Shown here: positions 28,759-37,515 of the stretch, piece by piece
Position numbering within the stretch: position 1 is the first letter of the stretch
Layout: the number at the start of each line of letters is the position of its first letter
Source of the DNA: Xanthobacteraceae bacterium
GTDB taxonomy: Bacteria; Pseudomonadota; Alphaproteobacteria; Rhizobiales; Xanthobacteraceae
Direction: 5' to 3'
Assembly: GCA_035601915.1 (NCBI GenBank)
Contig: DATNNI010000178.1
Coordinates: forward strand, 1-37,515
Length of the DNA stretch: 37,515 bases
Position numbers and translations under genes: made by a program
The notes under the pieces: model-generated
Databases searched by the model: none
Told to the model about the DNA's origin: nothing
Seen by the model: only the letters and a program-made list of their open reading frames with translations

Positions 28759-29823
28759 TTATTGCTTGCGGTTGACGAACAGCGCGTTGCCGAGGCCGGT
28801 GCCGATGGTGAAGGTCGCCCAGCTTTCGACATCGTCCATGCGCGGGACTTCGCTCAAGCCCTGCACCACCGCGTCGTTATGCATCACGATCGCGGTCTCA
28901 TGGTCGCCGATGCGAGGGATCGCCTCAAACAACACTTTCGGGAGATTGAAGCGGCTGCTTTCCCAGTTGCCCGGCAAGTTCTGAGCGCCGGCTTCGATCG
29001 AGCCGTCGGCGTCGATTTTGCCCGGACAGCCGATGCCGATGAACGGCGCGAGGCGTAACTCTTCTTTTTTGGCGCGATTGATCAGACGTCGCAGCATACT
29101 GATTAAACCTTCGACTGCTTCCTCGCGGTTGAGCTTTTCGTCGCCATGACGCCACAGCTCGAACTTCCACACCTTAGCCTTCGACAAATCCGAGGCGTTG
29201 CGCAGGTTAAGTTGCACCACGCCGGCGCGGATATTGGTGCCGCCGATATCAATGGCAAGGATGGCGTCATGCGCCTCGAACATCCATGCCGGCGCGAGCT
29301 GTGCGGCGCCGAGAAGTCCGGCCTCGTCGGGATCGTTGCGGATGATGCAAATCTCGGTATCGATTTTGTCGGCCTTCAACAACACCGACGTGCGGCCGAT
29401 GGCAAGCTCGCCGACACGACTGCCGGCGAAACCGCCGCCGATCACTATGCGCGACGCGTCCTTCCAGCCCTTGAGCTTGAGAAAGCGCCGCAGCACCACG
29501 GCGAGCTCTTGCGCGAACGATTCGATGGCGCTTTGAATAATACCGGCAGTTTCAGGATCGCCGCTGGCGAACAGTTGGTCGAGCTTTTTCTTCGCGATCT
29601 TGCTCGATGGCTCGTCGCCGAACGGGTCATGATTGAGGTCGCGCAACGGCTTTCGCCAATTTTCAATAAACTTGCGGAATGCGCCCTTGCTGGCGCGATC
29701 GCCGATGAAGCCCTCATCGTCCTTTAATTCGACGTTGTAATCCGCGACTTCCACTGCCGGAAGGCGCGCGGCGCCATGCGCAAGCGCCGGTGCTGCCACA
29801 TTTGCCGAGGATTGTTTGCCCAT
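28759..29823 (-). CDS. ROK/PpgK-like ASKHA sugar kinase with apparently circularly permuted motif order
   Basis: Order in the ORF: IVIGGGF (aa 126-132) and NDPDEAGLLGAAQLA (163-177) precede LAIDIGGTN (189-197), GIGCPG (263-268), HNDAVV (315-320) and TIGTGLG (339-345). The protein ends at aa 354. Confidence 0.75.
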   Translation of the reverse strand: MGKQSSANVAAPALAHGAARLPAVEVADYNVELKDDEGFIGDRASKGAFRKFIENWRKPLRDLNHDPFGDEPSSKIAKKKLDQLFASGDPETAGIIQSAIESFAQELAVVLRRFLKLKGWKDASRIVIGGGFAGSRVGELAIGRTSVLLKADKIDTEICIIRNDPDEAGLLGAAQLAPAWMFEAHDAILAIDIGGTNIRAGVVQLNLRNASDLSKAKVWKFELWRHGDEKLNREEAVEGLISMLRRLINRAKKEELRLAPFIGIGCPGKIDADGSIEAGAQNLPGNWESSRFNLPKVLFEAIPRIGDHETAIVMHNDAVVQGLSEVPRMDDVESWATFTIGTGLGNALFVNRKQ

Positions 29824-29854
29824 CGCCGAAATAACCCGCCAAGCGGCAAAAAGT

Positions 29855-31120
29855 TCACGCGCTTTGGTGCGCGGCCGGGCCCTGCGAAAGGGTCACTGAG
29901 TGACTGAGCAGCCGGATGATTTCATCGGCGACCTGCGCGGCAGGCGGACCCACATCGACGGTCAGCGGATCTTCACTCGGGTCAGGTTCTTCGAGCGTGT
30001 CGATTTGGCTTCGCAGTAGTTCCGGCGGCATGAAATGACCGTGGCGTCCCGCCAGATGCTCGGCGATTAAGTCCCGACCGCCGCGCAAATAGACCAGCCG
30101 GACTTCCGGCCGGTCGCCGATGATGATTTGCCGGTAGGCATGTTTGAGCGCCGAGCACGCGATAATTCCCGGCTCCTTTTTGGCGCGCTGCCGATCGATC
30201 CAGGCGGCGACGCGTTCAAGCCATGGCAGCCGGTCGGCGTCTGTGAGCGGAATGCCGGCGTGCATCTTGGCGATGTTCGCCTCCGGATGCAGAGAATCAC
30301 CCTCCTCGAACGGCCAGCCGAGGCGGGCGGAAAGTTCTTCGGCGATAGTCGATTTGCCGGAGCCCGATACGCCCATGACCACCAGGATTGGCGGACTTCC
30401 GCGATGACGGCCAGCGCTGTCGAGACGACGCACGCCGGCGGCGTCGGCAACGAAAACCGGATCGGCCCGGCCCACGAAAAGCCCGTTCTCCACGACACCG
30501 ACGATGCGCCTGGTCCGCTCCTCGAGCCGCGCCGGATCGTCGATGCGGCCAAAATCGCAATCGAGAATGCAGTTGCCGCCGTCAGTGAGGAATGGCACGC
30601 CGGATGAATGCCGCAGGCGTGCGCTGGCGCCAAGCACTTCGAGCGACTCGCGCGTCGCCTCCAGGCCGAAGGCGACCACTTCCACCGGGAGCGGCATTCG
30701 CGCGCCGAGCCGGTCGACCATCTTGCTGCCGTCGACGACAATGGCGAGGCGGTGGCTCGCGGCCGCGACGATCTTCTCGCGCAACAGTGCGCCGCCGCCA
30801 CCCTTGATCAGATTGAGCGTCCCGTGCTCGACCTCGTCGGCGCCATCGATAGTCAGGTCGATTTGCCGGTGCGCGCGGAACGAGGTCAGCGCAATTCCGG
30901 CTGCCTTCGCCTGCATGGCCGTGCGCTCCGAGGTGGCAATGCCGACAAAACGCAGTCCTTCGCGTTGACGCCGCGCCAGCGTCTCGACCGCGAATGCGGC
31001 GGTCGTACCGCTGCCGAGCCCGACGACCATGTCATTCTCGACCATTTGCACCGCGGCCTCGGCTGCGGCGCGCTTGAGAGCATCGACATCGGCAGCCGCC
31101 GCAGAAGGGGAGGTTTTCAT
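29855..31120 (-). CDS. bifunctional fusion: ribose-5-phosphate isomerase A (N-terminal) and gluconokinase (C-terminal)
   Basis: aa 1-234 are RpiA ([42 protein letters not shown]). aa ~245-421 are GntK/IdnK type ([18 protein letters not shown]...[28 protein letters not shown]...IIACSALK). Confidence 0.88.
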   Translation of the reverse strand: MKTSPSAAAADVDALKRAAAEAAVQMVENDMVVGLGSGTTAAFAVETLARRQREGLRFVGIATSERTAMQAKAAGIALTSFRAHRQIDLTIDGADEVEHGTLNLIKGGGGALLREKIVAAASHRLAIVVDGSKMVDRLGARMPLPVEVVAFGLEATRESLEVLGASARLRHSSGVPFLTDGGNCILDCDFGRIDDPARLEERTRRIVGVVENGLFVGRADPVFVADAAGVRRLDSAGRHRGSPPILVVMGVSGSGKSTIAEELSARLGWPFEEGDSLHPEANIAKMHAGIPLTDADRLPWLERVAAWIDRQRAKKEPGIIACSALKHAYRQIIIGDRPEVRLVYLRGGRDLIAEHLAGRHGHFMPPELLRSQIDTLEEPDPSEDPLTVDVGPPAAQVADEIIRLLSHSVTLSQGPAAHQSA

Positions 31121-31857
31121 GAGGCGACCGCCGCTGCGGCCGCCTTGGCGCGAAGCTCGGCTATCGCGTTGGCGTAATCCTTGGCGCCAAAAATTGCCGA
31201 ACCGGCAACAATCGCGTTAGCGCCGGCGGCGGCAGCTTGTGCGGCCGTTGTCGCGTTCTCGCCGCCGTCGACTTCGATGACCGGCTGTAAGCCGCGCTCG
31301 CCGCACATCGCGCGCAGGCGGCGAATCTTGGGCAGCATTTCAGGAATGAAGCGTTGGCCGCCAAAACCGGGATCGACGGTCATGACCAGAATGACGTCGC
31401 ACAAATGCACGACATACTCGACGAGCTCCGGCGGCGTCGCAGGATCGAGCACGACGCCGGCCTTTTTGCCCAGCGCGCGAATGTTCGACAGCACCCGATG
31501 CAGATGGATCGTCGAGCCGGGTTCGGCCTGCACCAGGAGATGATCAGCGCCGGCCTCGGCGAAGGCGGCCAGATAGCGTTCCGGTTCGACAATCATCAAA
31601 TGAACGTTGAGCGGTTTTGCCGTCGCGCGGCGAATCGCCGCCAGCACCGCCGGACCAACGGTGATGTTCGGAACGAAATGTCCGTCCATCACATCGACAT
31701 GAATCCAGTCCGCGCCGGCCTTGTCGATGGCGCGGACCTCTTCATCCAAGCGGGCGAAATCGGCGGAGAGAATTGAGGGCGCGATAATGATTGATGACTT
31801 CCGGCTGCTTCGGTCCGGCTCCTCGGCCGCGAGTCTGGACGCCGTGCCCGACATCAT
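31117..31857 (-). CDS. rpe: ribulose-phosphate 3-epimerase
   Basis: [41 protein letters not shown]... The ATG at 31857 overlaps the pgl stop (ATGA). Its own stop overlaps the rpiA::gntK ATG (ATGA). Confidence 0.93.
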   Translation of the reverse strand: MMSGTASRLAAEEPDRSSRKSSIIIAPSILSADFARLDEEVRAIDKAGADWIHVDVMDGHFVPNITVGPAVLAAIRRATAKPLNVHLMIVEPERYLAAFAEAGADHLLVQAEPGSTIHLHRVLSNIRALGKKAGVVLDPATPPELVEYVVHLCDVILVMTVDPGFGGQRFIPEMLPKIRRLRAMCGERGLQPVIEVDGGENATTAAQAAAAGANAIVAGSAIFGAKDYANAIAELRAKAAAAAVAS

Positions 31858-32612
31858 CGCGCCCGCGGTCCCGGGGGCACGGTCGCCTGTTCTCCACCCG
31901 CGGCCGCTCGATCGGCGAACCAAATCAACTCGCCGACCGGCCGGACGCGTGCCGCCGGCACGTCGCTGTTGCCGCTTCGGATCGCGCTGAAGATTGCGGC
32001 CTTTTCTTCGCCCGCTACGAGGAACGCGACCCGCCGGCTGCTGTCAATCGCGGGATAGGTCAGCGTGATGCGAACCTCGGGGCGGCCATGCGAGACGTCT
32101 GCCACCCAGCGCTTGCGCTCGTTCAATACGGATTCTCCGGGCAGCAGCGACGCGGTGTGGCCGTCGGCGCCGATCCCGAGCAGGGTAATGTCAAACAGGG
32201 GACGCTGCGGGTCCAGGGTGGCCGCGCCATAGGCATCCTGCAAAGTCCGCTCATAGCGCCGCGCCGCGTCTTCAGGCGTGCCGTCGGTCGGAATTGGATG
32301 AACGTTCTCCGGCGGTACCGGCGCCTTTGACAGCATGGCTTCGCGGGTCATCAGGTAGTTACTGTCGGGATGATCGTAGGGGACGAAGCGTTCATCGCCC
32401 CAGTACCAGAAGACGCGCGACCACGGGAAACGCGCCTTAAATTCACCGGCGGCGAGCAAACCGTACAGCGTCTTCGGCGTCGAGCCGCCGGAGAGCGAGA
32501 CGCGGAATGGGCCGCGTGCCGCCAGCGCCGCCTGCGTCATCCATTCCGCTACGTGATGCGCCAGCGCTGGCGGATCCGGGAATATTTCAACGCGGCCGAC
32601 CGCCCCGCTCAT
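31854..32612 (-). CDS. pgl: 6-phosphogluconolactonase
   Basis: Internal ATG 32612, 4 nt after the upstream stop. [11 protein letters not shown]...[15 protein letters not shown]...[15 protein letters not shown]-like motifs. Confidence 0.9.
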   Translation of the reverse strand: MSGAVGRVEIFPDPPALAHHVAEWMTQAALAARGPFRVSLSGGSTPKTLYGLLAAGEFKARFPWSRVFWYWGDERFVPYDHPDSNYLMTREAMLSKAPVPPENVHPIPTDGTPEDAARRYERTLQDAYGAATLDPQRPLFDITLLGIGADGHTASLLPGESVLNERKRWVADVSHGRPEVRITLTYPAIDSSRRVAFLVAGEEKAAIFSAIRSGNSDVPAARVRPVGELIWFADRAAAGGEQATVPPGPRAR

Positions 32613-32616
32613 GTGC

Positions 32617-33435
32617 CTAGTGCCTCGCAGACAGGATGAAGGCCTCCATCGCTTTGGCAAAACCTTCGTCATTGTAGGACGCTGTAACGGCCGAGGCTTG
32701 CGCCTTGACCTCGTCCGAGGCGTTGCCCATGGCGATGCTGAATCCCGAGCGCTTGAACATCAGCACGTCGTTTATTTGGTCGCCGACGGTCGCGATTTCT
32801 TCCGTGGGCACGCCGAGATGCTGCGACAGATATTCCACCACGGCGCCTTTGTTCGCATCCTTGTTGGTGACGTCGAGATAATACGGTTGCGACCGGGTAG
32901 CGGTAGCGCGCTGGCCGAACGCGGCTTGCGCCTCAGCCTCGCAGTCTCGCACCTTGTCGAGATCGTCGCTGACGCCAACAATCTTGGCGACGTCCTGCAG
33001 ATGCTCGCGAACGTCCGACACGACTTTAGCCTCGAATTTGACCGTCCAAGCCTCGCGGGCGACATGTGGCGCATCGGCCTTGGTGATCAGCCAATCGTTG
33101 CCGCTATAGACCCAGGTATCGAGACCGCGTGTCCGCATCAGCTCGATGGCTTCGCGCGCGACGTCAACCGGCACTGTTTTTTGTTCCAGAATAGTGAGAT
33201 CGCGCTTGACGAACAGCCCGCCGTTAAAGCCGGCAATCGGCGTATCGATGTCGAGCGGATCGAACAACATTGCCATACCAAGTGGCGGCCGGCCGCTGGT
33301 TATTGCGAAACGGATACCGGCGTCGCGCAGCGCGTTAACGGCTTTGCGCGCCCGATCGGTCAATATCTTGTCCTCGGTGACAAGCGTGCCGTCGACATCG
33401 GCCAGCACCAACGCGATCTTACGCTTTGCGGCCAT
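32617..33435 (-). CDS. Cof-type HAD-IIB family sugar-phosphate phosphatase
   Basis: Internal ATG 33435. LVLADVDGTLV (motif I), ITSGRP (motif II), and KG...VGDQINDVLMF (motifs III/IV). Confidence 0.85.
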   Translation of the reverse strand: MAAKRKIALVLADVDGTLVTEDKILTDRARKAVNALRDAGIRFAITSGRPPLGMAMLFDPLDIDTPIAGFNGGLFVKRDLTILEQKTVPVDVAREAIELMRTRGLDTWVYSGNDWLITKADAPHVAREAWTVKFEAKVVSDVREHLQDVAKIVGVSDDLDKVRDCEAEAQAAFGQRATATRSQPYYLDVTNKDANKGAVVEYLSQHLGVPTEEIATVGDQINDVLMFKRSGFSIAMGNASDEVKAQASAVTASYNDEGFAKAMEAFILSARH

Positions 33436-35023
33436 CGGTGTTTCCGGTTGGGTGATCGAGCGAGCGCCATGCGCGGCGGTCGCGCGCCAGTAATTCATCC
33501 GCCGCGGCGGGCCCGTCGCTGCCTGCGGTATAATTCGGAAAGTCCCTGGGCGGATTGTCGGCCCAGGTATCGAGAATAGGCTGCACCACCTTCCAGCCGG
33601 CTTCCACGGTGTCGGCGCGCTGAAACAGCGTGGCGTCGCCGATCATGCAATCGTAGAGCAGCGTCTCGTATCCGGTATTGGGAGCGACCTTGAAATAGGT
33701 TTTGTAAGCGAAATCCATGCTCACGGTGTCGAGCGTCACGGTCGGGCCGGGACGCTTTGCTGCGAATTCAAGCGCGATGCCCTCGTCAGGTTGAATGCGA
33801 AGGATCAGCCAGTTCGGGTTCATTCGCTCCACATTGGTGTCGCGGAACAAGGCATACGGGGCTTGGTGAAAGCGGATCGCGATCTCTGTTGACCGGCGTT
33901 TCATGTATTTGCCGGTGCGTAAGTAGAATGGCACGCCGGCCCAGCGCCAATTGTCGATATTCAGTTTGCAGGCAACATAGGTCTCGGTCGCCGAATTCGG
34001 CGCCACATCGGGTTCCAGCCGATAGGCTTGAACTTGTTTGCCCAAAACCTGCCCAGCGCCATATTGCCCGCGCACGACATCTTTTAGCACCTTGGCTGCA
34101 TCGAGGGGTTTGATGGCCTGGATCACTTCAGTCTTCTTGGCGCGGACCGCGTCGGCATCAAAAGAGATCGGCGGCTCCATCGCGGTCATCGCCAATAGCT
34201 GGAATAGATGATTCGGCACCATGTCGCGCAGCGCGCCGGTCTTCTCGTAGAACTTGCCACGGTGCTCGACGCCGACCGTCTCCGCGACGGTGATCTGGAC
34301 ATGGTCGATCTGCTGCCGGTTCCAGAGCGGCTCGAACAAGCCGTTGGCAAAGCGCAGCGCCATGATGTTTTGGACCGTTTCCTTACCGAGGAAATGATCG
34401 ATCCGATAAATCTGAGGCTCTTGCAGCGTCTTTAGAATTCCGGCGTTGAGGGCTTTGGCCGAAGCGAGGTCATGGCCGAAGGGCTTTTCGATAATGACGC
34501 GGCGCCATTGTTGCCCGGTTTCGGTCGTGAGACCGGCGGCGCCTAGCGCGGCGACCGCCGGGCCGAAGAAGCGGTCGGAGACCGCGAGATAGAAAAGGTA
34601 ATTCCCGGAGGTGCCGGCCGACTTGTCCAGCGCGGCCAGATGGTCGCGCAGTTTCGCGTAGGCGCCGGCGTCATTGATATCGCCTTGGACATAGCTCATG
34701 CGCTCGCTGAGCCAGCTCCATGCCGAGTGGTCGATCGCGTCGACGTGGAACTCCCCGCCCTGGCCGACGAAATCTTCCATCGCGGCGCCGAGGTCTTTTC
34801 GCCATCGCTCGATGCTGCGGGCGTTGTGGTCGAAACCGACGAGTTGGAAATGATTTGAGAGCTGTCCCGCCTGGGCCAGGTTGTAGAGGGCCGGAACCAC
34901 CAAACGTTTGGTAAGATCGCCCGCTGCGCCGAAGATCACCATGGCGCAGGGGGGCGCCGGGGCCGCGCTTGCAGTTTGTTGCGCGGCTTTTGGTTGGGCG
35001 CTTTTACCGGATTTATCCAGCAT
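33419..35023 (-). CDS. zwf: glucose-6-phosphate 1-dehydrogenase
   Basis: Internal ATG 35023 (MLDKSGKS...) with an AAGGA RBS. VIFGAAGDLTKRLVVPALYNL, RIDHFLGKE, EKPFGHDL. Confidence 0.95.
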   Translation of the reverse strand: MLDKSGKSAQPKAAQQTASAAPAPPCAMVIFGAAGDLTKRLVVPALYNLAQAGQLSNHFQLVGFDHNARSIERWRKDLGAAMEDFVGQGGEFHVDAIDHSAWSWLSERMSYVQGDINDAGAYAKLRDHLAALDKSAGTSGNYLFYLAVSDRFFGPAVAALGAAGLTTETGQQWRRVIIEKPFGHDLASAKALNAGILKTLQEPQIYRIDHFLGKETVQNIMALRFANGLFEPLWNRQQIDHVQITVAETVGVEHRGKFYEKTGALRDMVPNHLFQLLAMTAMEPPISFDADAVRAKKTEVIQAIKPLDAAKVLKDVVRGQYGAGQVLGKQVQAYRLEPDVAPNSATETYVACKLNIDNWRWAGVPFYLRTGKYMKRRSTEIAIRFHQAPYALFRDTNVERMNPNWLILRIQPDEGIALEFAAKRPGPTVTLDTVSMDFAYKTYFKVAPNTGYETLLYDCMIGDATLFQRADTVEAGWKVVQPILDTWADNPPRDFPNYTAGSDGPAAADELLARDRRAWRSLDHPTGNTDGRKA

Positions 35024-35085
35024 CGATGTCCTTGTTTTCTTACCCGCTCCCAAGCTCGATACTCGCGCGTCGCAAAGACACCGCG

Positions 35086-37182
35086 TCAATTGCGACCGAG
35101 AAGCTCCAAAGCAACAGAAACGACCCGGTCGGGTTCGAAACCGAACTTGCGGTCTAATTCTTTCAGCGGCGCCGACGCGCCGAAAGTCTTCATGCCGATG
35201 ACGCGGCCGGCGGGCCCGATATAGCGGTCCCAACCGAGAGTCGAGCCCTGCTCGACCGCGAGGCGTGCTTTTATTGCGGGCGTCAGGACCTCGTCGCGAT
35301 ATGACTGGGGTTGCTGTTCGAAAATGTCCCACGACGGCATCGACACAACACGCGACCGAATCCCTTGCGCCGCAAGCGCGTCGTGCGCCTGAACGACCAA
35401 GGCGACCTCGCTTCCCGAAGCGATGAGAATGATTTCCGGCGATCCGCCGGACGCCTCCGCCATGACATAGGCGCCGCGCGCCACGCCAGCGGCGGATGCG
35501 TATTTGCCGCGATCGAATGTTGGCAGCGCCTGGCGCGACAGCGCGAGCAAAGCCGGCTGGTGGCGAAGTTGGAGGATGTACCGGTAAGCTTCGACGACCT
35601 CGTTGGCGTCCGCCGGACGAATGACGACGAGGCCGGGAATGGCGCGCAGCGCAATAAGCTGCTCGACCGGCTGATGCGTCGGTCCGTCTTCGCCGTCGCC
35701 CATGGCGTCATGCGTGCACACCAAAATGGTTGGCAGCTCCATGATTGCCGAGAGCCGAATGGCCGGCCGCGCGTAGTCGGTAAACACAAGGAATGTCGAG
35801 CCGTAAGCGCGCAGCTTCGAGAGCGACAGTCCGTTGACGATCGCCGTCATGGCGTGCTCGCGGATGCCGAAATGTAGATTGCGGCCGCTTGGCGATCCGG
35901 GTTCAAAGTCGCCGGCGCCCGGGAACGTGAGTGCCGTACGATTTGACGACGCAAGATCGGCGGACCCGCCCATAAACCATGGAATGTTTTGGGCGAGAAC
36001 GTTGAGCACTTTGCTTGACGCGTCGCGCCCGGCTATGCCCTTCGCGTCCGCTGGAAAGCTCGGCAGATTGCGGTCCCATCCGGCGGGCAACTCCCGCCGT
36101 TCCATCAAGTCGATCTCGGTCGCGAGGTCGGCGAATTGTTTGCGGTATTCGCCAAACATTGTCTCCCATTCGGCCCGGGCCTTGCCGCCGCGCTGGCCGA
36201 TGCCGTCGGCGAAACGCTGCACCACGCCGTCGGGCACGAGGAACTGGGCGTCTTCCGGCCAGTGATAGGCGCGCTTGACGAGCCGCACCTCCTCTACGCC
36301 CAAAGGCTCGCCGTGCGCTGCGGAGGTATCCATCTTGTGCGGCGACCCGTAACCGATGTGACTATCGAGAATAATCAGCGTCGGGCGGTCTTCGGTCTTG
36401 CGAAAGGCGGCGAGCGCGTCGGCAATGCTCGTAAGGTCGTTGGCATCGGTGACGTGCAGCACGTTCCAATGGTAGGCGGCAAAGCGCGTGGCGACGTCTT
36501 CGGTGAAGGTGATACGGGTCTTGCCATCGATGGTGATGTGATTGTTGTCGTAAATCCAACAAAGATTATCGAGGCAGAGATGACCGGCAAGCGAGGCCGC
36601 CTCGGAGCCGACGCCCTCCATCAAGTCGCCGTCGCCGCAAACGGCGTAAATATCATAATCGAAGACATCTAAGCCGGGCTTGTTGTAGCGCGCGGCAAGC
36701 CATTTCCGCGCAATCGCCATGCCGACGCTGTCGGAGATGCCCTGGCCCAGCGGGCCGGTCGTTGCCTCTACGCCGGACGTTAAATGATATTCAGGATGCC
36801 CCGGCGCTTTGCTGCCGAGCTGGCGAAAATGTTTGATGTCGTCGAGCGTGACCGCCGGTGCGCCAAGACGCTCGTATTGCGCGTTCACCGCGCGCGTACC
36901 GGTGAGAAACAACACAGACCACAACAGCATACAGGCGTGGCCGTTCGACAGCACGAAGCGATCGCGGTTGGGCCAAATCGGGTCCTGTGGATCGAAGTTC
37001 AGTACCTCGTTCCAGATCACATAGACGAGCGGCGCCAGCGCCATAGGCGTGCCGGGATGGCCCGAATTCGCCTTCTGAACCGCATCGATCGAAAGCGTGC
37101 GAATGGTATTGATCGCAAGCTCATCGAGTTCGTCGCTGCTCAAAGCCTTCGGTTTTGTCTGTTGCACAGCGCTCAACTCCAT
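35086..37182 (-). CDS. tkt: transketolase
   Basis: 698 aa. ANSGHPGTPMALAP, RDRFVLSNGHACMLLW, GDGDLMEGV, and a C-terminal domain. Confidence 0.96.
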   Translation of the reverse strand: MELSAVQQTKPKALSSDELDELAINTIRTLSIDAVQKANSGHPGTPMALAPLVYVIWNEVLNFDPQDPIWPNRDRFVLSNGHACMLLWSVLFLTGTRAVNAQYERLGAPAVTLDDIKHFRQLGSKAPGHPEYHLTSGVEATTGPLGQGISDSVGMAIARKWLAARYNKPGLDVFDYDIYAVCGDGDLMEGVGSEAASLAGHLCLDNLCWIYDNNHITIDGKTRITFTEDVATRFAAYHWNVLHVTDANDLTSIADALAAFRKTEDRPTLIILDSHIGYGSPHKMDTSAAHGEPLGVEEVRLVKRAYHWPEDAQFLVPDGVVQRFADGIGQRGGKARAEWETMFGEYRKQFADLATEIDLMERRELPAGWDRNLPSFPADAKGIAGRDASSKVLNVLAQNIPWFMGGSADLASSNRTALTFPGAGDFEPGSPSGRNLHFGIREHAMTAIVNGLSLSKLRAYGSTFLVFTDYARPAIRLSAIMELPTILVCTHDAMGDGEDGPTHQPVEQLIALRAIPGLVVIRPADANEVVEAYRYILQLRHQPALLALSRQALPTFDRGKYASAAGVARGAYVMAEASGGSPEIILIASGSEVALVVQAHDALAAQGIRSRVVSMPSWDIFEQQPQSYRDEVLTPAIKARLAVEQGSTLGWDRYIGPAGRVIGMKTFGASAPLKELDRKFGFEPDRVVSVALELLGRN

Positions 37183-37185
37183 TCG

Positions 37186-37515
37186 TCAGCCGGCATCTTT
37201 CTCGGCCGCCTTTTCAATATGGCCCCCGAACTGGTAGCGCATGGCCGAAAGCACTTTGTCGGCAAAATCCGCGTTGCCGCGCGAGCTGAACCGTTCGAAC
37301 AGCGCGGACGAAAGTACGTGCGCGGGCACGCCCTCGTCGATCGCCGCCCTGATTGTCCAGCGGCCCTCGCCGGAATCGGACACGCGCCCGGCGAATTTGC
37401 TCAGCGCCGGATCAGCAAGCAGCGACGCGGCGGTGAGATCAAGAAGCCAGGACGCAATGACACTCCCGCGCCGCCAGACTTCCGTGATATCGGCCAGATT
37501 GAAATCATATTGATA
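37186..37515 (-). CDS. gnd: 6-phosphogluconate dehydrogenase (decarboxylating, short Gnd/YqeC-like type), C-terminal 109 codons; the 5' end is beyond the right edge
   Basis: Own translation in the frame of track ORF 37186..37383, extended to the edge: [27 protein letters not shown]...[33 protein letters not shown]. The stop lies 3 nt before the tkt ATG. Confidence 0.88.
   Translation of the reverse strand, partial: YQYDFNLADITEVWRRGSVIASWLLDLTAASLLADPALSKFAGRVSDSGEGRWTIRAAIDEGVPAHVLSSALFERFSSRGNADFADKVLSAMRYQFGGHIEKAAEKDAG

Noticed and set aside
30067-30801. 244-aa same-strand alternative-frame ORF inside rpiA::gntK, together with several others such as 12023..12781(-), 25646..26410(-) and 11375..12004(-)
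   Set aside because: All are low-complexity Arg/Ala/Ser/Pro-rich frames nested in strongly supported genes, as expected from high GC content. I see no independent evidence for overlapping genes.
32611-33579. 322-aa plus-strand ORF opposite the HAD phosphatase and the zwf 3' end
   Set aside because: Antisense shadow ORF. The minus-strand frames carry clear HAD motifs I-IV and the Zwf C-terminus.
35024-35332. Upstream extension of zwf (track ORF of 637 aa) overlapping the tkt 3' end
   Set aside because: It would overlap tkt by about 250 nt. ATG 35023 has an AAGGA RBS, and the NADP-binding GAAGDL motif follows at the normal distance.

Overview
GC-rich, densely coding chromosomal window. Gene content and order suggest an alphaproteobacterium of the Hyphomicrobiales/Rhizobiales type; that assignment is inference only. 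Most of it is housekeeping: ctaC-ctaD (aa3 oxidase, left edge), an IalB-family protein, msrB, a dCache hybrid sensor kinase, miaA-ilvI-ilvH-(HxlR regulator)-ilvC, leuA, a Tat-exported two-subunit molybdenum hydroxylase, PEBP, Nudix, PPK2, GST, and a LivK-type binding protein. A long minus-strand pentose-phosphate supercluster runs gnd-tkt-zwf-HAD-pgl-rpe-(rpiA::gntK fusion)-(ROK/PpgK-like kinase) to the right edge. I saw no rRNA, tRNA, CRISPR array, transposase or integrase. The best candidate for an undescribed system is a tightly coupled five-gene operon at 21582-24260. It encodes a secreted protein with an HCxPHGMPxxM motif, a small secreted protein whose predicted mature N-terminus is His-His, two tandem paralogous 4-TM proteins, and a class-II (C-terminal CXXCH) cytochrome c. 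I infer a periplasmic metal/redox module. Other notable items: a sugar kinase whose ASKHA/ROK motifs are in circularly permuted order (28759-29823), an RpiA-gluconokinase fusion, an orphan HerA-like ATPase with a low-complexity tail, an in-frame 4x15-bp repeat inside miaA, and candidate leader-peptide attenuators upstream of ilvIH and leuA. Family names (DUF numbers) come from memory of sequence patterns, not from searches.
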